A DNA stretch of 63,235 nt, the filler included, from Asterionella formosa (Eukaryota), in NCBI GenBank assembly GCA_002256025.1. It is 5 parts of 5 records of this genome, joined end to end, with 100 filler letters (N's around TTAATTAATTAA, not from the genome) between each part and the next. Parts side by side here need not be neighbours in the genome. Positions count along the whole stretch, not along the records: positions 28,818 to 57,529 come from NKIB01001152.1; positions 57,630 to 59,431 come from NKIB01001153.1; positions 59,532 to 61,333 come from NKIB01001154.1; positions 61,434 to 63,235 come from NKIB01001155.1; 1 more part is not named here. One strand, written 5' to 3'. Every line of letters begins with the position of its first letter. The stretch's first letter is position 1. The notes under the pieces were generated by a model, which did no database searches, was not told the DNA's origin, and worked only from the letters and a program-made list of their open reading frames with translations. This document shows, piece after piece, positions 49,601 to 61,434 of the stretch. A program made the position numbers and the translations under genes.

Positions 49601-50963
49601 AAACAATTAGCACATACAGTAGTTACTTTCATGATGAAGTGGATGACAATCATCTTGGTATTTATACGGTTTGTTATAACCCTTTTCTGGGTTCTCATCA
49701 AGATCAAATATAGCTAACCTTTACATCAGTTGGATGAAGTTCATGAATTATATAATGGATCATAGAGGTAATTGTTTCAAGGTCCCAAAATGCAAGGTCT
49801 TTAAAATCTGAAGATAATTTTTTGATACCATTGACTCCATAAAATACAGAGGTGTAATTGCATATATCTTATGAGGTACGTGTGTACAATTCTTTCCACA
49901 ATTTTAGGTGTCCATGCGTTTTCGGCAAACTCAAGGAAAATGCCGTTTGCTTTGGCATAATAGCTCTACACATTTCACATGCCGACTCTTCCAAAAGTAG
50001 CTAGCTGCCTTTGGGATTGTTCTCGATGATTTACAAATAATTCCTAACCTTTTTCTTCCATTTATGATTTGGAAAAAGATTCAATTTTGCGCTTCAAATT
50101 AGTTCCCTACTCAGTGCATCAACTGCCTTAGCCAGCATCACATCTCTGTCTGCCTTGATCTTGTTGAATTCGAGGTCTTGATCTAGGTCAGACTTTTTCT
50201 TGAATATCTTTTCTTTTAGAAATTCAATAGTTTATCTGCTTTCATGATGTTCATCTTGATGTCGTTCTGGACGAATAGTAATATATATTTCTTGGTTTTG
50301 CAACTTTTCAACCATATTTACTTCGGAAGTGATGTCTGCCACATTTCCGCCGGTATTTTCATTCATCGCATGAATTTGTTCATCAAATGAATGAGAATCA
50401 CTGAGTTCTTCTTCATTTTTAGCGATCATGGTTGCTCTTGCTTTATTTGGTTGTATCTACTCTGTTGATTGAAGTACATCATAAAATTATTTTGAGAAAA
50501 AAGGACCTCGCAATGTGTAATTGCGGGGCTGCAACCAGTGAAACTGGGTTTAATTATTCGAATATCTACATACTGTTGCAACACGGTGGTCCTTCCACTT
50601 GTTCTAAAAAAACCTATCGACAAGCTTGGAAACATCTGCACGCATTCTTGATTCATGTGCTCGACTTCATAACTATGTGATTAATGAGAAGATAATTGAT
50701 AATGAGATTATGGATGATAATCAAATACTTACAGAGATAATTCCAGTCATTTTGTCACCCATAGTTGGAGGCTGACCAAGCATCAACACATCACTTCTGT
50801 GTTGCTCACACATGTAGACATTGATGACACGAAAATATGTGTTAGCACAAGTGACACTGCTTGGAGGAGTTGATTTTGCTACTGTAGCCTTTTTCTTTTT
50901 TGTTGCCTACTTTGCAACAGGAGGAGGAAGAGGCAATGATTTGTCATCGTCATCACTGCTATT

Positions 50964-51923
50964 TTGCGAATTCAGAACATTGGAAATTTGATAAGCCTTA
51001 AACATGTGGACATTAGCTACAACAGGTGCACAGGCACACTTCCAAAAGAGATTGGACTACTGACAGGTCTTCGTATTCTAAATTGGAGAAACAATACTCT
51101 CAACGGCACACTACCTACAGAGATTGGAATCATGGTGAATCTCCGTTAATCTATCAGCGCAAGGCAATACTTTTGCTGGTGTATTCGCTACAGAGATTGG
51201 ATTTTTGACAAATCTCCAGTATCTTCAGTTGAATGGTAACACTTTCAGAGGTACTTTCCCCACAGAGATTGGATTCTTGACAAGTCTTCAGTACCTTTAT
51301 TTAGATGCCAATACATTCACTGGCATGCTTCCACCAGAGATTGGACCCTTGACAAACCTCCTAGATCTGGTATTGATTGACAATGACTTCAATGGTACAA
51401 TCCCCTCTGAGATTTCACTGTTGTCAAATCTCTATTATCTTGGCCTGTCTAGAAATTCATTCACTGGCACAATCTCCCAGGTTTGACAAGCTTAATAAAT
51501 TTGGTTTTGAGCTCCAATTTCTTCAATGGAACATTACTCTCAGAAATTGGACGATTTACAAATCTTGGTGCGCTAGACTTGGATAAAAATAAATTCTCTG
51601 GTGCAATCCCCACAGAGATTGGAAATTTGAAAAGCCTCAGTGATCTGTCAGTGAATGACAATGAATTAACAGGCACAGTCCCTACTGAGATTGGACTACT
51701 ACAGAGTCTCAAAACACTATCATTGTTTGATAATGCTTTGACTGGTACACTACCAACAACAGAGATTGGACTCTTAATTGGTCTTGATTATCTTTACTTA
51801 AACAATAATGCTTTCACTGGCACAGTCCCAACTGAGATTTTAAAATTGACGAATCTCAACGATATTTCATTCAAGGGAAATAATGTGAGTAGACGTTTTT
51901 TAAACAATGATTTGAGTGGATAA
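50964..51923 (+). pseudogene. Headless LRR array (about 13 x 24-aa repeats) with two frameshifts
   Basis: LP.EIG.L..L..L....N.F.GT repeats across ORFs 50964..51149, 51205..51486 and 51483..51923. Frameshifts at about 51147 and 51480. No TM or cap domain upstream. Confidence 0.85.
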
Positions 51924-51994
51924 TTTATGTAATGCACAATAATTTTTGATTGGCCATAGTGAATCATTTTTAATTTCATTTATAGTTTCCTCTA

Positions 51995-52560
51995 TAGCAG
52001 CAATGATTAAAGCCCATCAAGATGATGACAGCAAATCCACATTATTGTATGAAGTGGAAAGGAACATCACGGCAGACAAGCTTGCCATGGAGCTCCTCAG
52101 AGAACACCATACCGCCAAGGAAGATGGCCCCATACAAAACTCTGCTCATTTTGATGCGATGCAGGCGAGTCGAATCATCAAGGACATATGTGTGCACAGT
52201 GGAGCAGGATGGTTAATCAGAACAAGTATACAAACAAAGCAATAAAAAACCTACTTTATGAAAAAATATAACCTCACATCCACCATGATGGGAGACATCA
52301 ACCGGGGAAGTCTTGCCCTAACATTTTCGACTCAGATTTAGACAAAATGCTGCAATCCAGGAGTACCAAGAAAAGGAGGTCCTGGAATGAGCCAAATATC
52401 TCATTGCGGCTTCATTGTGTGTTAAAGCCATCCAATAATTGCACTCGTGCCCAAATTAATGAATAAATGGACACAATTAGTACATTCAGCAACACCAAAA
52501 AACAACATGTGCCAAACAACACTCAACATCCAGGCCTGTAACCTGCAAGACACACCAATG
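51995..52560 (+). mobile_element. Degenerate LINE RNase H/C-terminal fragment
   Basis: IKAHQDD...ERNITADKLA matches the RNase H xKxHxD...N..AD.LA motif, and the sequence is frameshifted downstream. Confidence 0.6.
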
Positions 52561-53228
52561 GTGTTAAAGATCCCGGCTAAGAACTCAGATACCACAATGT
52601 TTTCCCATGACTCTTAAAAGGGGGAGTGACCACCATAAGACCTCCACTGCCGCATTTTCCAGGCCATGGAGCACAGTGAATACAATCCTGTCGATAGGCT
52701 AGTACTAATGTATTATAAAAATTATTGCAGTAAACTGTATTATCATTCGCTTCTTCCAACAAGCTGATTTTCAAGTCAAAATCAAAAAAGAAATTTGCAA
52801 CATTTTGTGGTCTCAAACTTAATTTCTTTATTTGGCTATGTATACAGTAGTGCACATTTTGGGTGCGTCCGCCTGTTGTCCGGTCGTTACTAATGAAACA
52901 CACCATCCATCACCAACCATATTTTCAATATATTTACTTTTTCGGAGTACTGGAAAGAACATATTTGTAGGAGTAATGGCATGTACCGGTACTCCCGATG
53001 AAAATCATATAACAATTCATCGTCTGCCCGATTTTTCAGAAAATAAATACCCCCCAGTATACACATATATATTTAATGTAAGCAAAGAATAAAGAGGAAA
53101 AATATATAGTAAAGTAATTTTAATTGAAAAAGTTTAGGAACATTTTTATTTTTCATCAAAACAAAAACTCACAGTGACATCACTTCGCTTTCGTTGTGTT
53201 GTCTCGTTTGGTTCCACTTGCCCTTACA

Positions 53229-55865
53229 ATGACGTCGTTCACACAAGCATTAGATCAACCAGAAGACCTTGGTCTCAATATTGTGTATGAAGAAGCGATA
53301 GCAAAAGTTCCTCTCAAAGGGAAGAAACCGAAGAAACGAAACAAATATGAGAAAAGGCGTGAAAAGTCGAGTCGCGCCACTGCTGCCAAGCAGCTACCTG
53401 CTGGAGAACCAGTGCTTGTTTCTGGAAAAGAATCATCAATGGAAAGTGCCATTAATGGTGAAGAAGAAACAACTGCTGCAATCAAGGACGCTGTGAAACC
53501 AGACGAAACGGTTGAATTGTTGCCCCAAATCCCAGTGTCGGAAGCAGAACCCATCTCGGTAGAAGAATCCGCCAACGCCAATTCACGGAAATCTCACAAG
53601 GCAGTCACTAGCTTGGAAGACGATGAAGAGCGTGCCAAGTATATGGCTGAATTTCACGCCAGACCCTTGGAAATGGATCGACGATCGGGTGCGTCGTCTC
53701 GTATTGCTCCCTCAAAGGCGTCAACTCATTTATTTCAAGACAGCGGGGGAGGGTGTGATACACTAGGTCTTCATTCGAGACTGACTACATGTTTGACAAG
53801 TAGATTTCTTTTGGAGAGGCCGACTATTATTCAACAAAAGGCCTTGTTGGCATTGGAAAACAAGGGTGACGCTAACTTGTTTGTGCAGTCCGAAACTGGG
53901 TCCGGGAAAACATTGGCATTCCTCTTACCCATTATTCAGGTACGTTTATTTTACGAATTATTATTATCGATATGAAATCAATTTCATCTATGCTTTGCAT
54001 ATGGCTAGACTATTCGAGTTTGAAAAAGACAAGGTGATGGGATTGCAGAGATTAAGTGAGCGTATTTTGCTTCACAACTTCATCTTACAATTGTTTTACA
54101 GAATCTTGCTGTTGACCACAATGGAGAGATCAGACAAGTAGATCGACAGAAAGGAGGAACTCGATGCATTATCTTATGCCCTACTCGAGAACTAGCCTCA
54201 CAAACAGTGGAAATTGTCGAGAAGCTGTGCTCTGGATCATTTTCATGGTTGGTCGCAGGTTGTCTGTCGGGAGGTGAGAAACGCAAGTCAGAAAAGGCAA
54301 GACTCCGCAAGGGAATTTCGATTCTTGTTGCCACTCCAGGTCGACTGTTAGATCACCTTGGAAAGACAGAGTCAATCCTAATGGCACTCAAGGGAAAGTT
54401 GGAATGGTTGGTGTTAGATGAAGCTGATCGACTCTTGGACATGGGACTTGGTGGTCAAGTAGAGCAAATTGTACAGCATGTTAGAGCCAATCAACCTGGA
54501 AGTGGACGTGATGGCGTTACTTGGAGGAGTGTGCTTGTGTCGGCTACAGTGTCACCGAAAGTGGAGGAGTTGGCCAAAAAGCTGTTAGGAGGATCAGAAT
54601 GGGTCTGGGCTAGAGGCAGCAAAGACAAGGAGGCACAAGATTTGGGACTAAGCGAGTCCACTCCTCGTCAATTGAGCCAATCGCACCTCACTGTGACTGC
54701 CAAGCTTCGACTTGTGACTTTGATTGCGTTTTTGGTGGAGCGGATCAAAAAGAATGAGCGAACAGTTGTTTTTATGAGTACTTGTGATGGAGTGGACTTC
54801 CATCATAAGCTTTTCGAAGCGATGGACTGCATCTTGCCCATGGACAAGGATACAGACTCCATCCAATGTGGCATCTTTGGAAGCGCATGTGATGCCTTTA
54901 AGCTTCATGGAAGTGTCCCTCATGCTGAGCGTCAGCTGATTTTGAAGAAATTTAATGGCGGATGCGACGGAAGTGGCAAGAAACGAGCCGCACTCTTGTT
55001 GGCAACGGATGTGGCTGCCCGTGGGCTAAATTTGTCGGGCGTCGACTGGACTGTCCAATATGACCCACCTTGTGAAGTCGCCGATTATGCTCATCGAGTA
55101 GGCAGAGCGGCAAGAGCTGGAAAGGCAGGCCATTCTCTTCTGTTTTTATTGCCATCCGAAAAACAGTTTCTTGATGTGCTGCAGCTCAAGGGTGTGAATC
55201 ACGTGTCGGCCCTCTCATTGGCGTCCACCTTGAATCACGCCGGTGATTTTTGCACGGACCTCACTGCCTCAGGGAAAAAATATGCTGGGGGTGGTCTTAG
55301 CAGCAAGACAGGCGAAGCCTTTTCAGCTGAGCTTCAGCGCCGACTAGAGGAGAAGATTGTGGTAGATGACGTTGCTACCAAGACGGCTCATAAGAACAAA
55401 GATATAAAGCGAAAGAAGGGCCAACCGAAAGAATATGTGGTTGGCCCTTTGATGGATGCAGCCCGGAAAGCCTATATGAGTTATCTTCGCTCGTATCCCA
55501 CCAAGGAAAAAGCTGTGAGACACATTTTCAGCACTCGAGCTCTGCATCTTGGTCATTTGGCAAGAAGCTTTGCTCTGAAGGATCCACCCACTCAGGTAGT
55601 CCATAAGTCTAGAAAGAGCACAACAGCTGTGGAAGATGACATTGAAGCAAACAACAAGAAGCGAAACAGCAATCTGGTCTTTGACGACCGGTTGCTTGCA
55701 GACGTCGAGGATGCCGTGGCGAAGAAGAGACAACGACGAGAAACATTGTCAAAAGTGGAGGGAGGATCAATGAATCATCAGGGCACCATTGACACCGGTA
55801 AAGCTCGTCAGATGCTCATGGCTCGGGCAGCCAAGCTCCAGGATGGTGGAATGGACGCATTTTGA
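53229..55865 (+). CDS. DBP7: ATP-dependent DEAD-box RNA helicase DBP7/DDX31, 2 exons
   Basis: SETGSGKT, PTRELA, GGEKRKSEKARLRKG, TPGRLLDH, LDEAD, SAT, TDVAARGL, HRVGRAAR and the C-terminal LHLGHLARSFAL. Intron 53940..54101 keeps the frame. Confidence 0.95.
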
Positions 55866-56235
55866 TCACAAGGAACTTGCGTTGGCTCCTTTGAGCACAG
55901 TAACAAGAATTATTGGTCCATTAATGATTGAAAGCCATTCATTCAATGGCTGGAGAAAAAAAGAAGACTCCTGAACAGTAGCTACATATACCGTCAAGAG
56001 CACGAGTACCGGTACTTGAACCTAATTTCTAGCCTCCCTCCACAACAAATACCCGGTAGTAGCATAAGGACAATTATTGTCACAATTTCGGTGCACTCTT
56101 TTTACTACATGAATGTTCCGGTATATGATATCCAGCTGGTGAAAGTAACAGGTGTCTTTTGCTTCTCTTTCTCTAAAACCGGTATAAATAAATATGAGTA
56201 TATATCTACTTAGTCTACCGATATCGATCAAGTCC

Positions 56236-56724
56236 TTACACAGCCGCCACCGAGGGTGCCAATCCCACCACACCAGCACATACACGAGGTCCAGTATTGC
56301 CAGTGATTAGACTGAGTGCATGTCCACCACGTCCACAATCATCTTCCGCGCTGTACACCACAATCGATCTGCCAATGATACTGTGTGGCCCCAACAAGCG
56401 CACGACCATATCCGAAATGTGAACTGCCGCCACCTCTCCTTCTCCCCCCACCACGACATTTCCCAAGGATCCCACCATGCGTGCTTCATCTGCCGGGGCG
56501 CCGTGGTGTTTCGTGAATGGATTGAACATGGGTCCACATGATTGCGCCCCATCGGAAAGATCGCCGTAGGTGTTGATCGAAATGCCGTGCTTGCCGACGG
56601 AAAGGCCCTTGATTTCTCCCGTAATGACGACTGGGGAGTCTTCACTGGCTTGGACCAACGTGAGAAAGCCCGTCACGGCAGAGCCTGATTCGGCTAGCAA
56701 TAAGCAAGTGCAACGTGTTGGCAT
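56236..56724 (-). CDS. SOD1: Cu/Zn superoxide dismutase-fold protein lacking most metal ligands
   Basis: Full SOD1 scaffold (G.I.GL..GKHG...GD.S.G..SCGP.FNP...HGAP....R..G.LGN...L.GP.SIIGRS.VV...DD.GRGG..LS..TGN.G.R...GV.G). Confidence 0.85.
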   Translation of the reverse strand: MPTRCTCLLLAESGSAVTGFLTLVQASEDSPVVITGEIKGLSVGKHGISINTYGDLSDGAQSCGPMFNPFTKHHGAPADEARMVGSLGNVVVGGEGEVAAVHISDMVVRLLGPHSIIGRSIVVYSAEDDCGRGGHALSLITGNTGPRVCAGVVGLAPSVAAV

Positions 56725-57529
56725 GATGATGTGTGGGTGGGTCTTGCGGTCTTGCTTGCTTGTGGGGTGGGGTGGGATGGGATGGGGTGGGATGAACGAA
56801 GCAGAGGAGCGATGCGGTCGGATAGTTCAGCAAGTCGAGAGTGAAGAGTGAAAGGAGGTTTGATGATAATACTACCTGCTACCGGTACGATATGGACTCA
56901 GTATGTATTACTGCGTATGTACTATGGTACTACCGGGGAAAGGTCAAGCGCCCTGAACTCTGCTAATTAATGAATAAAATAAAAATTTCTCATATTCATA
57001 CATGTATAATATTCGGATACCTCTGAATTTTGGGGTAAACTTCATTTATATTTTTATTTACTGTATACTTAGACACATATTTGTGATAAAATTACATCTG
57101 AATTATAAATACATGAACACATATATATGTAAATGTACAATATCAATGTACGAAATAAAATAGTGATACACAAGTAAAATGCAGGTATACATTATTCATG
57201 AGCAAGGTACCTACCGGTACCTGGTCCTAAATATTTCATCACAGAAAAATGTCGCTCCCATCGATCGAGCCACCCAAAAATCAACGGTCCTGAGGAACAA
57301 AATGATCATTTACATAGATTTTAGTAGATCGTGTACATACGGAAAAATATGTACAACCTCCACTATGTTTACTTCGGACAGATTAGATCTAGCTTAGGTA
57401 TCCCCTTCGACGACGATCATCAGCATGTGTTTTGAAATATAAATAGAATACAACTTTTCGGATCAGCCTCATAATTTAGATACCATAATCGTCAGCCGCA
57501 TAATCCACGTGTGATATATATTTAGTGAG

Positions 57530-57629
57530 NNNNNNNNNNNNNNNNNNNNNNNNNNNNNNNNNNNNNNNNNNNNTTAATTAATTAANNNNNNNNNNNNNNN
57601 NNNNNNNNNNNNNNNNNNNNNNNNNNNNN
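57530..57629. other. Artificial contig linker
   Basis: N44-TTAATTAATTAA-N44. Confidence 0.97.
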
Positions 57630-58009
57630 CGAGAAGTAGCAGCTAGCATGGTTGTTGGATATTCTCCGTATAATAACAATCAGGTGGAGTCCACTGAGAT
57701 TCTGCCCTTGTTGTGAAGATATGTACGATACGATGGGTACCTGGTACCAGGTACCCGGTTCGATTGCAAGTACCTGGTACCGTATACGTAAAGCACTGCG
57801 CTCCGATTTCATCGCCTACCTACCGGTAGATGAATATTAACATGTGCTGGTGCATACATTCTGGCCGTACATATGTATGATGCTGTTGAATATGATAGCT
57901 TTATGCACTGTGCCAGTACGCCAGGACTATGCATGATACCGGTATTCGTATAGTATGAATACCGTATTGCAACATGAAATCCGTTAAATGACTATGATCA
58001 TGTTCTTTA

Positions 58010-59431
58010 GGGCCGTTCTTATCATTCTGTTATTTGTTGTCATTGGTGTATCATCGCCGAAATATGATACAAAAATGGCGGTTTGGTTTTTTTTTGTGTA
58101 TCACCAACGGTTTTTTTGGTCTGATCACCGGTGTATCATGGGTGTATCACTGATACAGTTTTTGGACCCCTGACCAATGCTGTATCACTGATCAAGCCGT
58201 TGATCACTGTGTATCACGTCCGTTGCCACTGATAAAATAACTGTAAATACGCAAGCACAACACTATTAAATATTGCGCCAACTATTTTTTGTTATATATA
58301 TACTACGGTACTCTGTATACATTACCTTTCAGCTTCGTGAGTCATACAAGAATCAGTAGTCCGCTCATCTCTATACCAATCTTCCGACATCGACTATATC
58401 TCGATTAATTGGCGCAATGAGCAGCAAAGTAGTGGGTACGGCTGAAACTTCTGATGCTAAAGGGAACAAGCATTACATCAGACAATGTGTAAGCTGCATC
58501 GCCGACCAGATAAAAACCTGTGTTGAATGCTGCAACTTGATCGAAAATGGAAGTTTTTTCAAAAGCTACTTGGTCACTGCATTTTCCCGGTGCAATTACA
58601 CCAAAATAAATAAATCTTGAGTCAGCATCACAAACAGCCTGGACATTGATTCCATAAGTCATGTAGTGACCGGAAAAAAATGAACCAGGGTTGTTGCCAC
58701 TTTCAACTATAGTCGGGCGGTTGATGGTGGCAAGGAAGCCGTCAATAGCACCAACACATCCTCTCATCATGCCCTCTGAGCTTTTGCATTCAAAGCTGGA
58801 AGCCAATTTGATAAATTCTTCTTATTCTTTTGGAAAAATAATTTCGAGTTCTTCACAGTTTAGTACAGCATCAATGAACAAATCACGACATCGATAAAGT
58901 GAAGCAATGCTACAACCGTAGGCATGACGAATGTCGATGTAACTGCCACCAGCCAGCCATCGCAAACCAATGGCTACCACAATTTCGGGAATTATGGGCT
59001 CAGAAGTGCCACATTTGGAATAATTCCCTGCAATCTGAATTTCCAGCATGGAGGTGAGTTTTTTGAATGCTCTGTGTGACATTCTGTATGTCTTCTCGAA
59101 AGCAATCTCGTGATTGAGTTTCTCGACATGTGATTGCCAGGAGATTCTTTCGTGGTGCCACTTGTGCCTTCGTTGTCGTCGTCGTTCAGATGACTGAAGC
59201 TGCCGTTTACAGCGTCGCCTTTGTCGTTTGGATGAGTGTTCTTTTTCCTCTGCTTCCTTAGCTAAATGACAGAGGAAGAAGAAATCAAGATCACTACTGT
59301 CATCGTCATTATCATCAAGTAAATCAAATGGCGACGACATGATTCATGCAAATGTGTGTTTTTAATATTATATTTAGTTTCCCGGTAATTATATTTTGTT
59401 GTTGCTTGATATCAAGACCATCATTATATTC
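58010..59431 (-). mobile_element. PIF/Harbinger transposon (DDE_Tnp_4-type transposase with premature stop and apparent C-terminal deletion); one terminus visible
   Basis: FEKTYRMS..AF..L, LRWLAGGSY.DI, GCVGAIDG, GINVQAVCD, FYLVGDAAY. In-frame TAA at 58822. Putative end TTA|GGGCCG at 58007-58015 with six subterminal TGTATCA repeats up to about 58216. Confidence 0.88.
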
Positions 59432-59531
59432 NNNNNNNNNNNNNNNNNNNNNNNNNNNNNNNNNNNNNNNNNNNNTTAATTAATTAANNNNNNNNNNNNN
59501 NNNNNNNNNNNNNNNNNNNNNNNNNNNNNNN
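59432..59531. other. Artificial contig linker
   Basis: N44-TTAATTAATTAA-N44. Confidence 0.97.
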
Positions 59532-60195
59532 AATGTACAGGTGTGAGGCATACTCTTCCTGACATATGTTGCGTCACTTACAAGTGATTGCAGCACAGAA
59601 CCGGGAATGACCATAGACAAAGTTTTCCAAAACATGTCGATATTGTTGGAAAGTAATGTATTCGAGATCACCATCTTGTCAGTGAATGCTCCATAGGCAA
59701 TCAATGACATTACCTTGCCTGCCATTTGCCTATAGCAATCACGACAGAGTATGGTTTTAGAACCGAATGTGTTCTTGATGAGTGAATTGGTAGCCTCATC
59801 ATTTCTGAGGTTCCCTAAAATTTGTTTAAAGCCCAGGTCAAGAAAAGGACAATCTTTTGTTCCGAAAAATTGGTCCGGGAGGAAAGACAAATTCAACAAA
59901 AATATCTTGGAAGATAGAGTCCCTTCAATCTGTAGCATGAAATCATCATCAATAATCAAATGAACAGTTTTCATCGCGTCTGCAACTTTTGGTAAGAAAA
60001 TGTTGAAATGTTTAATGCGAGTCACATTGGTTCGAAGGCCAAACCTCATCAACAAAGCTTCTAGCAAACTTGACATTGCTATGATCAATAACAAGTGCAT
60101 GCCATCCAATCTTCTTTCCGCCCTTCTTTTTAATGAAAGTTGACGAATTCACTGACTCCAGTCTCCTAAACATGACGTCCAATAAACTATCAAGG

Positions 60196-61333
60196 TGTTG
60201 GAAAAATGCGAGCTGACTGCCACAGGACAGGCGTGAAGGGTATAGTGGACACGAGAGAGAACAGTACTACAGTTAAAACCGTACAGCCGCTACCAAGATT
60301 TACCTGGGCTGACGTGGTAAAAGGCACAACGCAAGGAAAAGCAATCAGAGGTCAGGAAAAAATGTTAAAGTGCAATGTGAGTACCGGTAATAAGAGTGTT
60401 TCGAGACCATTATCTCGAAACAATCCAGTTAGTAAAGTGAAAGTTTAAGTTTGACAACTTCCTCGTTGCTATCAATTTCATCAACTGTATTCGATTAACA
60501 CAGTACTAGGTTCAAGGCCTACGATACGGTCGAATACGGTAGTTGTTACAACATTGTTTCGAGATAAAATTAAAATAAAATAAAACAAAAGGAACAGCCA
60601 TTCACATGGAAGGCTGGAGTTTCGACATTTCAACCGAGGTTTTGAACACTTTATAGATTCGAGTAGCGCAGCTGAAGGCCGCAGCCACCAATCAAGGAAC
60701 CAACGAACCCCATGAGCGCCACCCCAGACGCAACGACAAGCGGCAGCTTAGCGAGTGGACACGGCAGCACCGGTGGGAGAGGGCGAAGGGACAACCGTCC
60801 GCGCGGGAGCTGTGGCGGCCGGGCAAGGACACAAGCGACAAGCAACAACCGTGGCATTTTTAAGGGCAGCACAGAGGGCATGAACGGAAACGTATTCGAA
60901 TGCTATGAAGAACAAAGTGACAGACGCCAGTACGCCAAAACGTTAGAAGCTCTAGACGGATATGTGAGGAAAACACTGAAGTACTCTGAAGACCTTGCCC
61001 CTTTGTTTGCCGACACCATGGCGGTTCCCATGGTAGACATGCCAGATGACCTAGATGACGATGCAGGACTGACCATGAAAATGATTTTCGCAGAAGAAGT
61101 AAAAACGTATGTCAAGCGCAATCATACCCTGAAGAGCAACCTAGCAACAGTGTATGCGGTGATTTGGGGCCAGTGTAGCGATGACATGAAGGCAAAGGTC
61201 AAAACACACGATGACTACAAGGACAAGACTGCCAACAACGATTGTTTTTGGCTTCTAAAACAGATCAAGTCGATTACTTTACAGTTCGATCAGAGCAGGA
61301 ATGGTTTCATTGCACTTTTGGACGCCCAGACCA
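60196..61333 (+). mobile_element. CoDi-type Ty1/Copia retrotransposon: 5' LTR (60196-60553) and gag, cut by a gap
   Basis: LTR bounded by TGTTG...CAACA. Gag ORF from 60712: GRG-rich start, FKGSTEGMNGNVF, YAVIWGQCSDDMKAKV, CFWLLKQIK. Confidence 0.85.
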
Positions 61334-61433
61334 NNNNNNNNNNNNNNNNNNNNNNNNNNNNNNNNNNNNNNNNNNNNTTAATTAATTAANNNNNNNNNNN
61401 NNNNNNNNNNNNNNNNNNNNNNNNNNNNNNNNN
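61334..61433. other. Artificial contig linker
   Basis: N44-TTAATTAATTAA-N44. Confidence 0.97.
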
Positions 61434-61434
61434 G

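Noticed and set aside
52610..52700. Copia-like polypurine tract AAAAGGGGGAGTG followed by a possible LTR start
   Set aside because: No matching LTR or pol sequence is adjacent
59532..60109. 209-aa minus-strand ORF
   Set aside because: No recognisable motif, it runs into the gap, and coding status cannot be supported
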